From Octopus bimaculoides (lineage: Eukaryota): a DNA stretch of 38,683 nt. The stretch spans positions 62,397,178 through 62,435,860 of the forward strand of contig NC_068986.1 of assembly GCF_001194135.2 (NCBI RefSeq). The letters are read 5' to 3'. The notes under the pieces were generated by a model, which was not told the DNA's origin, made no database searches, and was given only the letters and a program-made list of their open reading frames with translations. The position numbers and the translations under genes were made by a program. Positions within the stretch are counted from its first letter, which is position 1. Each line of letters starts with the position of its first letter. Below are positions 24,621 through 37,347 of this stretch, piece after piece.

Positions 24621-25714
24621 ATATTTGTTGTGAATAATAAGTGATCAGTTTTCACAATTTAGTGTAAATGATTCTGATTTTCTTTGTGAATCATGGTGGT
24701 AGGATAGGGCAGGGTGTTTCATGGCTTTTTCCTTGGGGCGGGGGTAGACTACAATAAAGTTTCAATCAAGGATTTGTTGGGAATATTTTCTTTTTGTTAT
24801 TTCGTATTTTAGCCCTTCTTCAATTTCGGCGTAAGCAAGGCGATATCCTCCAAACTGGAACCTGACCTTCCTAATCAGATTTTTACCCCATAAAATTGGC
24901 TAAATACCAAAAAAAAGTGCGTTTATGATCAATTATTTCAAGAAATTTATCAGGTTTTGAGTTCATTTTATGTTTCTTGTTTTTATACTTGTTTAGTCAT
25001 GTTGGGAGTCAATAACTACTGATTTTACCCAATTTTTGTTGGTTTTGATGTTTGACACCCAAATTGGAATTATACTTTCTGTGTAGCTTTTTAACCCCTT
25101 TGAACTGATTTTTTTCCCACAGTTTACATAAAATGTTGAGGATGTCAAATATGTTAGCCCTTAATATGTCAAAATTTGTCCTTTTTTAAAGATGATCAAG
25201 TTTGAAGGGGTTTTACCAAAAATTTGAATATTTCTATTAAAAACTCAAATTCTTCATGCATCCCCTATTTTCTCAAATTTATGTTGGCCTATGCACTCTA
25301 GACTGTAACTTGAGTGAAAGACAATAAAAAATGCTTCTAAATAAGTTCAAACAGAGGTTAAAAATCTTTTTTTTTTTGTGAAAGGGAATATGCTTAATCT
25401 TATGATACTCCAAAAAAACGTAAATTTTGTTAAATTGGCTGACTTTAAAGAGTTATAAAAATTTAACCATACATTATTTTAAACTCAGGTTTTTTGCTTT
25501 GTGATCTCTTGAGTTTAGAGAATCAGAAAATATGCATTTTAAACATCTGGGAGAAGTTTCCAAAAATGATAGATTCCCACTCTGGGTACAATGTGCCATG
25601 CTTGCATTGGTTGGACAGTTTTCTTCAGCTCAGTGTATCACCACTTGTATCACCACTTGTATCACATCTTTCACTAATTCTTCCTCTTCATTTTATTTGG
25701 CTTGCTTTGCACTT

Positions 25715-26150
25715 TATTATCTAACTGTCATCCCCTATATGCTTCCTCTCTTGTACACTACAACTGATTTGTCTTTTTACATTCAGTTTTCTCTCAGCTC
25801 ATTGTGCTTTGTTGTTGTTCATGCTCACTGGTATCACACAGACAGAGGAACATTCTAAGCTCATTTCTTTCCACCTATTACAGATGCTCTGCACTGAATG
25901 TCCATGTTTTCCTACAAACAATATCTCACTTTGTGCACAAGCATAGTGCAATCTGTTTCTTCTGGAGAGAGAATCCCTTTGTTGCCAGTGGAGGTAATAG
26001 CTGCATAAATCTTTCTCACCCCATTCTTATCCTGGTTCTTATGCTTTTGGAGCATTCTCTTTTATTCTCCACAGCTAATTAGTTCACATTGGTAACGAAA
26101 GCTATCAACTACTTTTATGGAACATTCTGAGCATCTGAAAGAACTTATTT
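25715..26150 (-). mobile_element. Older degenerate RTE LINE fragment
   Basis: Diverged match to the same RT region (cactggtatcacaca.., tttgttgccagtggaggtaatagc.., gctatcaactact). Confidence 0.55.
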
Positions 26151-26757
26151 CTTGGTTACTTCTTACTAGTGCTGTATGTCATGTCTGCTACATACAAAGT
26201 CCTTAATCTTTTTCAGATTGCCCATAATCCCACAATGTTTACATTTAATATATTGCTATAGTAATTCTTACCATTGCTCTTTTTGAAATTAATTTTTTTA
26301 GTAATAATAACTTTTCCTCACATTATTGTTATAATTTCATTTGATTGAAAATTATTCTCAGCTTCCTCTCAACTGTATGTTTTGTCTAGAGAAGGCAGCC
26401 TTGGAAAAAATTTTCCAAAATTATTATTTTTTCTCAATCAGTGAATAATTATCATACAAAATATTGTCTATTAGATGGTCAAAGTTCTCAACAGCTATGA
26501 GTGAACTACATTTTACTGAGGAGGTTTAATAAAACTCAAATAAGTTCAGAGTCATCAACTATACCTCCCGATAATAGAACACTTTTCATGTATCTCCATT
26601 TAATTTTTGGCCAGTTGAAAATCTGTGAGTTCTCTCCCTTGTCTGTTTTGAAATTAATTTTTTAGCACTAATTACTTTCTTTCTCATTATGGTTATAATT
26701 TCAAAAAATTGAAAATGTTTTTCTGCTCATCATCTCAAGTACAGTAGCCAGTGCTTC

Positions 26758-26793
<36 letters not shown>

Positions 26794-26837
26794 CGAGGTC
26801 CTTGGATCTTATAATTATCTATCTGTCTATCTATCTC

Positions 26838-28230
26838 ATCATCATCATCATTTAACGTTCATTGACCATGCTGGCATGGGTTGGATGGTTTGACTGGGCT
26901 GGCATGCTGGAAGGCTGCACCAGATTCCAGTTTGATGTGGCATGGTTTTCTATGGCTGGATGCCTTTCCTAATGCCAACCACTCTGAGAGGTAATGGGTG
27001 CTTTTACATGCCACCGGCATGGGTGCCATTTGCATGACACCAGGGTGCATTTACATGCCACCATCACGGGTGCTAATTTGTGTGACACTGGTATCTGCCA
27101 CGACTGCAATTTTGTTCGACTTGATGGATCTTCTTCTCAAGCACAACATAATGCCAAAGCTCTTGGTCATTGCCTCTGTGAGGCTCGACACTCAAAAGGA
27201 ACTTAGCCCCTGTGCTTCCATGAAGCTCAATGCTCAAGGAACTCAGCTACCGTGCCTCCGTGAGGCCCAACGTTCAAAAGATGTTCTTTACGTACCACCA
27301 GCATGGGTGCACTTGGCTTGATGGGTCCTCTCAAGCACAGCACATTGCCAAAGGTCTCAGTCACCAATCATTGCTTCTGTGAGGTTCAAAGTTCAAAGAT
27401 TATGCTTCACCACAACGTCCCATGTTTTCCTAGGTCTACCTCGTTGTGAACTACATATTGTCCTATTACGTGAGGGATCCACAGTTAGACAGCAGCACTT
27501 TTTTTACACAGCGGTCCTTGTCCATATGCATCACATGACCATACCAACACAGTCGTCTCTCCTGCACACCACATCTGATGCCTCTTATGCTTAACTTTTC
27601 TCTCAAGGTGCTTACACTCTGTTGAACATGCACACTGACATTGCACACCCAGTGAAGTGTGCTGGCTTCATTTCTTTCAAGCCTACGTATGTCCTTGGCA
27701 GTCATAACCCTTGTTTCACTGCCATGCAGCATAGCTGTTCGTACACAGGCATCAAACAATCTACCTTTTGCTCTGAGAGAGAGGCCCTTTGTTGCTAGCT
27801 GGCATAGGAGCTCTCTGAGCTTTGCCCAGCCTAATCTTATTCTCACAGTTACACTCTCAGAGCATCCACCTCCACTACTAACTTGGTCACCTAGATAATG
27901 GAAGCTAGCTACTGACTCTAGTTTGCCCCCACTGGCAGTTGATGGAGTCTATTTTCTGCACATTTTCAGCGTTTATTGTACCTGTACACCTTCCAAATAC
28001 AAAAGTTAGTTTCCCTGTTAACCTTCCTCTGATGTTGCTATACCTTTTATGTATCCAAAGCTTACACTGGGTGCATCTTATGGTGTTTCTACCTACACCT
28101 TTTCTACAGAATGAGCAAAGCCATCTACACGAAGGGATTTGTTATTTGTCTGCCTTCTTACTTACTAAGACTTTGGTTTTTGCTAGGTTAACTCGAAGGC
28201 CCTTTGATTCTAGACCTTGCTTCCACACCA
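26838..28230 (-). mobile_element. RTE-clade LINE 3' fragment
   Basis: ORF 27466-27846 RIRLGWAKLRELL..GLSLRAKGRLFDACVRTAMLHGSET..RRLCWYGHVMHMD; upstream Cys-rich SICRKGVGRN..C.QCKLW block. Confidence 0.9.
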
Positions 28231-29404
28231 AAAGGTGTATATATATATATATATATACACCTTTTCTAATCCTCATAAACGTGCCCACTATACATCATAT
28301 TTTAGGAATCTTAAAGAAGCACCTTGCAAATTTGATAGCAGTATACCTACTAATAAACTCAATATTGAATTGGCTAATATAGAGGTACCTGGACACTTAG
28401 TTAATGGCAATGTTCCCAGACCCACCACTTGAAACCCCAAATCCAGGACCTCTCCTATGGTGATGCTAGACAAAGGTAAATAATCTGATTTCATCCACCC
28501 TTCACCCTCAATATTCAAAGTAGATTACTGAAATTGTATCTTTTGCAACTTTAGAGAAGCACTTTCTCACATCTAGTTATATAGGAATATTTTTCAATCT
28601 CTACTTCATTAAGTTGTCATGCTCAACTACATCTGATATAGCTGCTGTGCATCCTGCTGTAGAAATCATGCTAAAGCAGACATTGGAGTTTGGTGCAGTC
28701 CTCTGGCTTGCCAGCTATTGTCAAACCATCCAACACATGTCAGCATGAAAGATAAACATTAAATGATGATAATGATAATGGTAGTGTGGCAGTAGTGCAT
28801 TCAACTAAATGTCTTACAATATTTATTTTGATGGTTCTATGTTCAAAGTTCAAATCCCTCTGAAGTTTAGTCTTATATTTCTCCAAATGTAATGAGGTAA
28901 ACACTATAGCTTTATATTAAATAGTTGGTAAGAAGCTTTTGCAGATGTTAAAGGTTTATGAAACTGATAATCAGTTTGAGTTTCTGTTGATTAACATGTG
29001 TTGATAACCTAAGCAGTGAGAGAATTTAAAAGGTTGCAGATTTATAGAGGAATGATTGAGAAAAGTGTTTAGTGTGAATCCTCAAGGGATGAAACACAAT
29101 GAGGAGGATGCAAAAAAGAAAGACAAGTTTATCAAGTAGGTTGAGTGTAAGATGGAAGTTGCTTGTTAGCTCAAAAGGTAGAAGCTATTCTTGCCATGGC
29201 AAAAGATTCAGAGAAGAAAGTGTGCATCTATGAACAAGTGGTGGTAGTGTGTTTGAGAGATTAGAAGCTTTTTTGACCATGTCTTGCCATGAAACAAAAG
29301 TACAGTAGATATTATTGACTGTGCACGCATGCGCGTGCATGCACACATACACACACGCGCGTGCACACACACACACACACGCGCGTGCACACGCACACAC
29401 ACAT

Positions 29405-29452
<48 letters not shown>

Positions 29453-30294
29453 GCATGCACACCTAACATATTCTAACAGGGCAAATTATTTATCTATTTC
29501 TTACACCGAGAAGGGTCAATGCTCATAGTTTTGTGATCTTTTTAGATTAATAGGGATAACTGGGCTAAGTGTTAAGGTGATTGTATGCTAATATGTGTCA
29601 TAATTTACAGAGTATTAATCTCATCTTTAGATATGAAAGATAATTCAAAATTCACAGCTACACTATGTTTCAGAAGGATTGATCTATGATCATCATTTGG
29701 TGTATTATTCTTGAATGTGTAAATAATACCAGACAAAATTCAAATTATGAATTCCTTAAACTATGGACACATCTTGGAATAATAACTGTCAAAAAAGAAA
29801 CTGACTGAAACTGCAGATTTAAATATTGTAAAATCTTTCATCTCTAATAATGAGATTTGGAAACAATTGTAATATTATTAATAAACAGCTATGCTAATTG
29901 TTAATCTTTGTTAAATCATCAATTTTGAGGGATTTCACTTGTTATCTCTGTTCTTTTCATCCTGGACTTTTTTGGCAACTACCCCCACATCATCCCAATC
30001 TTTCTTTAAATGCAGCAACGAGCATTCCCGTTGTTGAAAATTTTGATATCTTAATTTTGTTATCTTTATCAAAGTAAATAATTTGTAGGAGGGAGCCATA
30101 GTAAATTGATTTGGTCCAAATACATTACTGGTGCTTATTTTACCAACCACAGAAAAATAAAGGAAATATCAATTCCTCTAGAGTCACAACAGGATTTTAG
30201 AATCAAAACTCTTGTGATATTTAGTCATAGCTCTTTACATTCTGAGTTCAGATTGTGTTGAGATCAACTTCATCTTTCATTCTTTCAGAGGTTA

Positions 30295-30410
30295 GTAAAT
30301 AAGCACCAGTCAAATACTTAAACCTGTCAAGAGCCCTAGGACTCAGAAGGCTGTAAATAAGCACCAGTCAAATACTTAAACCTGTCAAGAGCCCTAGGAC
30401 TCAGAAGGCT
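30295..30410. repeat. Perfect 58-bp tandem duplication
   Basis: gtaaataagcaccagtcaaatacttaaacctgtcaagagccctaggactcagaaggct occurs twice, head to tail. Confidence 0.95.
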
Positions 30411-31893
30411 GGAACTTAACCCACAGGATGGGATGTTAGTCTGTTGCTGGGTTAACTTTCCAGTTCTTACTGGAATTCACTTACACCTGAGTGAACTGGA
30501 GCAATGTGAAATGAAGTGTTTTGCTCAAAAACGCAATGAACTGCCCAGTTCAGGGATTGAAATCGCAATCATAAGAACATGAGTGAAAGACTCTAAAAAC
30601 TAGGTCACATGCCTTTACTATCAGTCAAGTACTGAGCACAATTTGATACTCTGATGAAGCATCCTTGATGTGAATGGAATTATAATAACAAAGATGCATT
30701 CTGAATATAGTGAGATGGAACTAAATACTGAAAGGCATTTAGAGAGGAGCCCTACCATTTCTGCTACTCCCTACCTCTTATATCTATGAAAGCATTTCTC
30801 ATACCATCCAGTGACAATGTGACATCCTAGTATTAACCTTTAAAATGCAGATGTAACTTAATTCATGCAAGAGAAACTTAATCACATTCGATTCTGAGAT
30901 AATTATGATGGGGTTGACTAAAAAAATTCCAGTAATCTTTTTCAGAAGAACATTATTCTCAACATTACTGAAAGTACAAAGGATTTTGGTTACTAAGTAT
31001 TTCACCTGTGAGCAGATGTTAAGTTTGTGGCAGGCTCAAATACACTTTTTTATTGAGTAAAGTTCTCAAACGTTCTGCAGGAATGCAGCACTTCCGTCAA
31101 TAATTTGTATTCTAAGTGCAAACTGAAGCCATCGTTGTGAACTACATATTGTCCTATTATGTGATGCTTAAGTTTCAGATATATTGTTGTGTTATATCCT
31201 TTCCCTAAATATTTTATGGCTATTTTGTTCTTCAGAATTTTACAGTAGTTATCCATCTTCATTGAAGTTGATTCATTGTTCTATTTCTCTGCTTCTCATT
31301 CCCCTCTCTATCTCTCTCTCACACACACACACGTACTCAATTTCTTTTCTCAAAACTTGTACCAAACATTACATCTTTCATGTCATCTGCTTTATAGTAT
31401 TATATCATCTTTTATTTAATACTGCATTACACTAAGCTCTTCATTTTCAAACTTCACTTTGATCCCCTTCACCAATCTTTGTCTCCCCTCTATATCTGAA
31501 ACTTAAGAGAGTCATGGCTGTGTGGTTAAGAAGCTTGCTTTGCAACCATTAGGTTCCACTGTGCTGTACCTTGGGCAAGTGTCTTTTACCATAGCCCTGG
31601 TTTGACCAATGCTCTTGGACCAAATTTGGTAAACTGAAACTGTGTGGAAGAATTGTAGATTGAACGAATCAATACATAGAATAATATAAATATTATTAAA
31701 ACATGCAATAATTAGTCTAAAAAACATTTAATTCTTAATTACATTTTCAGCTCTGACGCTATGATTTGCTGAATTTTCAGTTTTTATTCCCTAATATTTC
31801 AGAAATTAATTTTTCTACCAGTAATAACCTAAATAACAACATTCCTAATTATTGATATTTTTAAGATCCATAATTCTATAATAATTAACTTAC

Positions 31894-32016
31894 CAACACA
31901 CTGTTTCCCATTCTCCATCAGTCTGTAGCCTGTCCTACATTGACATTGATAACTCCCAATAGAGTTCTCGCAAATTTGTTGACAGCCACTATTTTCGATT
32001 GAACATTCATCAATGT
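31894..32016 (-). CDS. Internal coding exon, calcium-binding EGF-like domain (host gene; most 5' exon seen in window)
   Basis: Minus strand: polypyrimidine tract + ctAG acceptor (32018-32017), 123 nt, phase 1-1, donor G|GTAAGT. Peptide [41 protein letters not shown] has 6 Cys with EGF spacing and the D-x-D-E-C / C-x-N-x-x-G-S-Y Ca-binding consensus. Confidence 0.92.
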
Positions 32017-32489
32017 CTAGTAAAAAAAAGAAAAGAAAAGAGAGACTGATGTCAGGAACTGTCAAGTTGGAAACAGGGTCTGTGCTCTCCAAGACCAATC
32101 AGGTTGATAAAGTTAATGTTTTCCTTAGACCATTGCAAGTCAGCAGTTACAAGATAAACAGGAAATGAAGAAAATTCCTGAGGGTTGACATTCTGGGAAG
32201 AAAGGACTGAGCATGGTTAGTGGGATCAGGGTGAATACAATATGGGTAACCAGAGGAAGAGAGAGACTGATGGCATATTTCCTTTAGATGAAAGAAAGTA
32301 ATTATAAAACTTGATATGATTTTCTTTTAAACTTTTCTGATCACTGGGTCAGTGATTATCTTTAGGTTTTATATTTTAACTACATGGATGAGAGAAATTA
32401 CTTGTTAGTCTATTACAGGTAGCTAATCTTGCCAAAAGAATTGAACTCTATACAGTTAGTAAAATACTTGTTAATTACATTGTCTTTCT

Positions 32490-33240
32490 ACTGATGCTCT
32501 TAGTGTCATTGCTTAACTCAGGCTCCAGATAACAGAAGCGTCTAAGTATCTCCACTGGCATTTGATGAAATCTATTTTCTGTACATTTATAGTGTTTATT
32601 GTACTTATACATCTGCCACATACATCGACTACTTTCTCTATTAACCTTCCTCTGATATTGCTGTACCTTTTATGATCTCCATAGCTTACACTAGATAAAC
32701 GTTATGGCGTTTCTACCTACACCTTTTCTACATATCATGTAGAGCCACCTCACAAGTGATTGAAATTCTATAAGTTTTCAAAGGCGAATAAGCATTGACA
32801 GCTAGCAAGCCAAGCTACTCCAGACTGATGAAGAGCAATGACTCTGAAACTAGTCTCTGGATGCTGGCTTTGCTAGGTGGAGGTGCTTATCTCCCCTGTT
32901 TGAAAATTTAAGGACACAGAACACTTGTGTCACATAGCCAACTGGAAACTTTGTTTTCTGGGGCTAAATAGCAGTAGCATTCTTCCCTTTACTGAGACTA
33001 ACTACCACATTAAGTTGGCAACAAATCATCACTTTACTTACTTTGGTCTTTGCTAAATTAACTCTAAGGCCCTTCGATTCCTGACCATGCTTCTACACCT
33101 GAATTTTTTTCTCTAGCTCAGGTAGTGACTCTATAAGAACAAATTCATCAGCATAGAGGAACTCCTAACGACAGCCTGTGTAAAATTCCTCTGTTATAGC
33201 CTAGAGGACTATGATGAACAAGAGAGGGCTGAGGACTGAT
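32490..33240 (-). mobile_element. Degenerate RTE LINE fragment interrupted by a ~260-bp hammerhead-bearing insert
   Basis: RTE similarity at 32490-32760 resumes at ~33023 (ttacttactttggtctttgctaaattaactctaaggcccttcgattc). Confidence 0.65.
32819..32861 (+). ncRNA. Type I hammerhead ribozyme motif
   Basis: Stem I TCCAGA/TCTGGA, core CTGATGA (32825-31), stem II AGAG-caatga-CTCT, GAAA (32846-49), short palindromic stem III ACTAGT, GUC cleavage triplet (32853-55). Stem I extends via ctagcaagccaagc / gctggctttgctag. Confidence 0.85.
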
Positions 33241-33469
33241 CCTTGGTAAACTCCTACTTGTATACTGAATGATACTTGTTTATAGTTTTTATAATGTATT
33301 ACTTATTCTGAAATTTATTACAAATTGTCAACCATAGTTTTTATTTGTTAACTAGAATGGACTAGAATGTTGTTGCCACTGCTGCTGCTGTTGTCATCAT
33401 TGTTGTTGTTGTTGTTCTTCTTCTTCTTCTTATCATCATCATCATCATCATCATCATTATTATTATTAA

Positions 33470-34010
33470 GGAAATGAACTGACAGATTATTAGAGTGCTG
33501 GATAAAATGCTTAATGACATTTTTCATAGTTACTCATATTTTGAGTTCAAATTCTGCTAAGGCCATCTTGCCTTTCATCCTTTTGGAGTTGATAAAATAA
33601 GTACCAGTGGAGTACTACCCTACAGAAAACAAAAAAATATAAATAAATAGAATTCAGGCCTATAATAGAAAGAATTACTCGTGTGATAGATTGGCAAAAT
33701 TGTTAAAGTATCAGACAACATGCTTTGTAAGTAGTTTTTCCAGATCTTTATATTCTGAATTCAAATCCTGCTTGGTTAGCATTGCCTTTCATCCAACAAG
33801 TGATATTATTACTGTTCTGGACAAAATACTCAGTGGTGTGTCTTCTGGCTTTTTACGTTCTGATTTTGAATGTTGCTGAGGTTGATTTTGCCTTTCATCC
33901 TTTTGGGGGTTGATGAAATAAGTACCAGTTAAATAATGGTATTGGTGTAATTGACTATATCATTCCCCAAAAATTTCAGGCCTTGTGCCTATAGGAGAAA
34001 GGATTATTGT
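33470..34010 (+). mobile_element. Cluster of three partial copies of the second SINE family
   Basis: Repeated ttcaaattc..gcctttcatcc..gataaaataagtaccag blocks at ~33540, ~33760 and ~33860. Confidence 0.7.
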
Positions 34011-35647
34011 CTTTATTATTTAATCACAGGGTGAGGGAAAGTACCCATTATGTTAACAGATTTTCCTTAAATATCTTAGTATTTACAATACTGTTTTCTG
34101 CATTGAAAGCCTTTTACTATCAACTGTTTACTTGCAAAATATGAGCTCAAGTCTTAACAAAGTTAATTTTGTCTCTTTCTTTGCCTGAAATAGATTAAAT
34201 AAATACCAATATCAACAAGTAACTGATATTGATTCAATTCAATTAACTCTACTCCTGTGCAAATTTGCCCTTTATTGCAAAAGTTAAAAAAATTTTTTGG
34301 CACTACACACACAGTATACTATTTTGCAGATGATATGAGAGATAAACATTATTCATTCATGGAATGACTTGAAGGTCTATTAGAAAAACATGTTTTAGTA
34401 GTGGAGATTCTTTGGTTTTATTTTATTGCTTACTCTATTTGAAGAGATAAAACTAAAGATAAAATATCATTCTTAAATGAAGATATAAAACATTTTGCTG
34501 ATATGATACACTAGTCTTCCTATGTGCTTGACATGATTACCAGAAGCTTCTAAAAGATTTTAGGATGTTGCTCATGATAATGATAGCCCAATAGTTTTAA
34601 AATGCATCTGATACTAAGAGGTACTAAAAGAAATCTGATACAGATTTATGGAAAATTGAAAGATGTAACCAACTTGCTGAATATACTTTGCTAAAACTCT
34701 CAAAAGCTTTTCAATTATATACATATAATCTGTGTGTGTGTGTGTGTTTGTACGTGCGTGTGTGTATGCGTGTGTATGTACAAGAGTGTCTATCATATGT
34801 ATGTATGGATGGATGGATGGATGGATAGATGTACATATGTATGTATGATTTTAAACTGCATCTGGTAGTTGGGCTCTAGTTTGAGAGTTCTAAGGTTTTG
34901 AAGAGGCTGGAACCACCTCTTAGCCACAAGTTTACTCAGATCTGGAGCAATAGCACTTGTCAGGGTTCCAGCTATGGGTTAACTAGCATATGTGATGACA
35001 TTCCATCTGAGTGTGCAGACACACAAATACCCCTGGTTGGTGTTAGGGCATGTAGTAAAAGCCATTGGGGATGAGAGGCCCTTAGCTGTTTCCACAGCAT
35101 CCTTCTAGGAGAGGGATAGTCTGATGTAAAAACAGCTTTTTCATGAGATTACTGACCATCTGGCTTTCGCCTGTCATTAGGCACTAATCACAGAAACTCA
35201 GAGAGTGGCATTCATGTTGTACAAGCATTTATCACTGTAACCCAATGATGTACACATGTCTCTTTATGGCGACTTAGTTGATAGCTTTTGATTGTTTTTA
35301 AATACTTCTAATTTCAGATGAGATGTTGTATTTTCTTTTCCTTTATGCAAACTATCACATTTAGTTTCAACACACTGTCTGTGCACACATACATACATAC
35401 ATGTGTGTGTGTGTGTGTACTTTTTTTAAAGCTGCAAAATCTTCACAAAACTGTTAATCAGAGTTTCATGGGAATTCGTCAGACACTTATGATGGATACT
35501 GAATTAAAATTGTGATGGTACATGTAATATAATATGATCTAATATAATTCAATTCAATAAACAAGCATTTAAATTGATTGGGTGGCTAATTTTCGAAACA
35601 TTACTGTGTATTTTTTGTTACAAGTTGGGTGACTAAGGGATATGAAA

Positions 35648-37110
35648 ATTAACTGCTAGCATGGGTTGGACGATTTGACTGAGGACTGGTGAACTGGAAG
35701 GCTGCACCAGGTTCCGATCTGATCTGACGGAGTTTCTACAGCTGGATGCCCTTCCTAACGCCAACCACTCCGAGAGTTTAGTGGGTGCTTTTACGTGCCA
35801 CCAGGACAAGGGCCAGTCAGGTGGTACTGGCAACAGCCACACTCAAAATGGTATTTTTTACGTGCCACCTGCACAAGAGCCAGTCAGGTGGTACTGGCAA
35901 CAGCCACACTCAAAATGGTATTTTTTACGTGCCACCTGCACAAGAGCCAGTCCAGCGGCACTGGCAACGACCTCGCTTGAATGTTTTTTTCACGTGTCAC
36001 CGGCACAAGTGCCAGTAAGGCGACGCTGGTAATGATCCCACTCAAATGGTGCTATTTACGTGCCACTGGTATGGAAGCTAGACAGCTGCTCTGGCAATGA
36101 TCATGCTCAGACGGTACTGTTAGTGCTCCAATGGCACAGGTGCCAGTCATCGAATTTGGTTCAATTACGATTTCAATTTCACTTGCCCCAACAGGTCTTC
36201 GCAAGCAGAGTTTAGTGTCCAATGAAGAAGAGGTTGGCATGGGTGCCAATCTACAAATTTAGTTCGATTTCGATTTCACTTGCCTCAACAAGTCTTCGCA
36301 AGCAGAGTTTAGTGTCCAATGAAGGAAAGGTACGAATAAGTGGGCTGGCTACATCCCTAGCAGAGGCCTTGCATTATGGTCTCAGTTGGCTTGCCGGGTA
36401 TTCTCACGCACTGCATATTTCCAAAGGTCTCGGTCACTAGTCATTGCCATGGTGAGGCCTAATATTCAAAGGTTGTGCTTCACCACCTCATACCAGGTCT
36501 TCCTGGGTCTACCTCTTCCACAGGTTCCCTCAACTGCTAGGGTGTGGCACTTTTTCACACAGCTATCCTCATCCATTCTCGCCACATGACCATACCAGTG
36601 CAATCATCTCTCTTGCACACCACAACTGATGCTTCTTAGGTCCAACTTTTCTCTCAAGGTACTTATACTCTGTAGAGTATGCACACTGACATTACACATC
36701 CATTGGAGCATACGCATGTCCTCAGCAGACACGGCCTATGTTTCACTGCCATGTAGCATGGCTGTTTGTACACATGCGTCATACAGTCTGCCTTTTACTC
36801 TGAGCGAGAAGCCCTTTGTCACCAGCAGAAGTAAGAGCACTCTGAACTTTGCCCAGGCTATTCTTATTCTAGCAGCTACACTTTCAGCGCACCCTCCCCA
36901 GCTACTAACTTGGTCACCTAGACAACGGAAGCTATCAACTACTTCTAGTGTTTCTCTCTGGAATGTGGCAATAGTTGTTTTCTCCACATTTTCAGTGTTT
37001 ATTGTTCCTGAGCATCTGCTACATACAAAACCTATCTTCCTAGTTAGCCTTCCTCTGATATTGCTGCCCCTCTTATGTGTCCATAGCTTACACTGGGTAC
37101 ATCTTATGGA
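35648..37110 (-). mobile_element. RTE-clade LINE 3' fragment with tandemly repeated 3' UTR
   Basis: ORF 36736-36987 LEVVDSFRCLGDQVSSWGGCAESVAARIRIAWAKFR..GSET; identical 67-bp tandem copies at 35812-35945. Confidence 0.9.
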
Positions 37111-37288
37111 TGTAGCCTTTTCTTATGGATGTACCCTTTTCTCCATAAATTCACCACACATCATATACAAGTATTACTTCACAAATTTATGCCTGTAAAC
37201 TACCACGAAAATATATGAAGAATCAACATTAGAAATCTTTATTGGAAACTACAAATTAAAGAATGAATCTACATTCAACCTTTTTACA

Positions 37289-37326
<38 letters not shown>

Positions 37327-37347
37327 NNNNNNNNNNNNNNNNNNNNN

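Larger units (their letters stand above)
21067..25595 (+). mobile_element. Transib/RAG1-like cut-and-paste DNA transposon, full-length, decayed
   Basis: Left TIR CACATTGTGCCCAGATTGG (21067-21085) vs reverse complement of right TIR CACATTGTACCCAGAGTGG (25577-25595), 17/19 identical. Identical 5-bp flanks CCATG at 21062-21066 and 25596-25600. Encloses a RAG1-core-like transposase pseudogene. Confidence 0.93.

Noticed and set aside
30700-31262. Possible old DNA-transposon protein relic on the minus strand
   Set aside because: Too degenerate to assign from sequence alone.
36629-37198. 189-aa plus-strand ORF and similar antisense ORFs over RTE/Penelope copies
   Set aside because: Antisense shadows of retroelement coding sequence.
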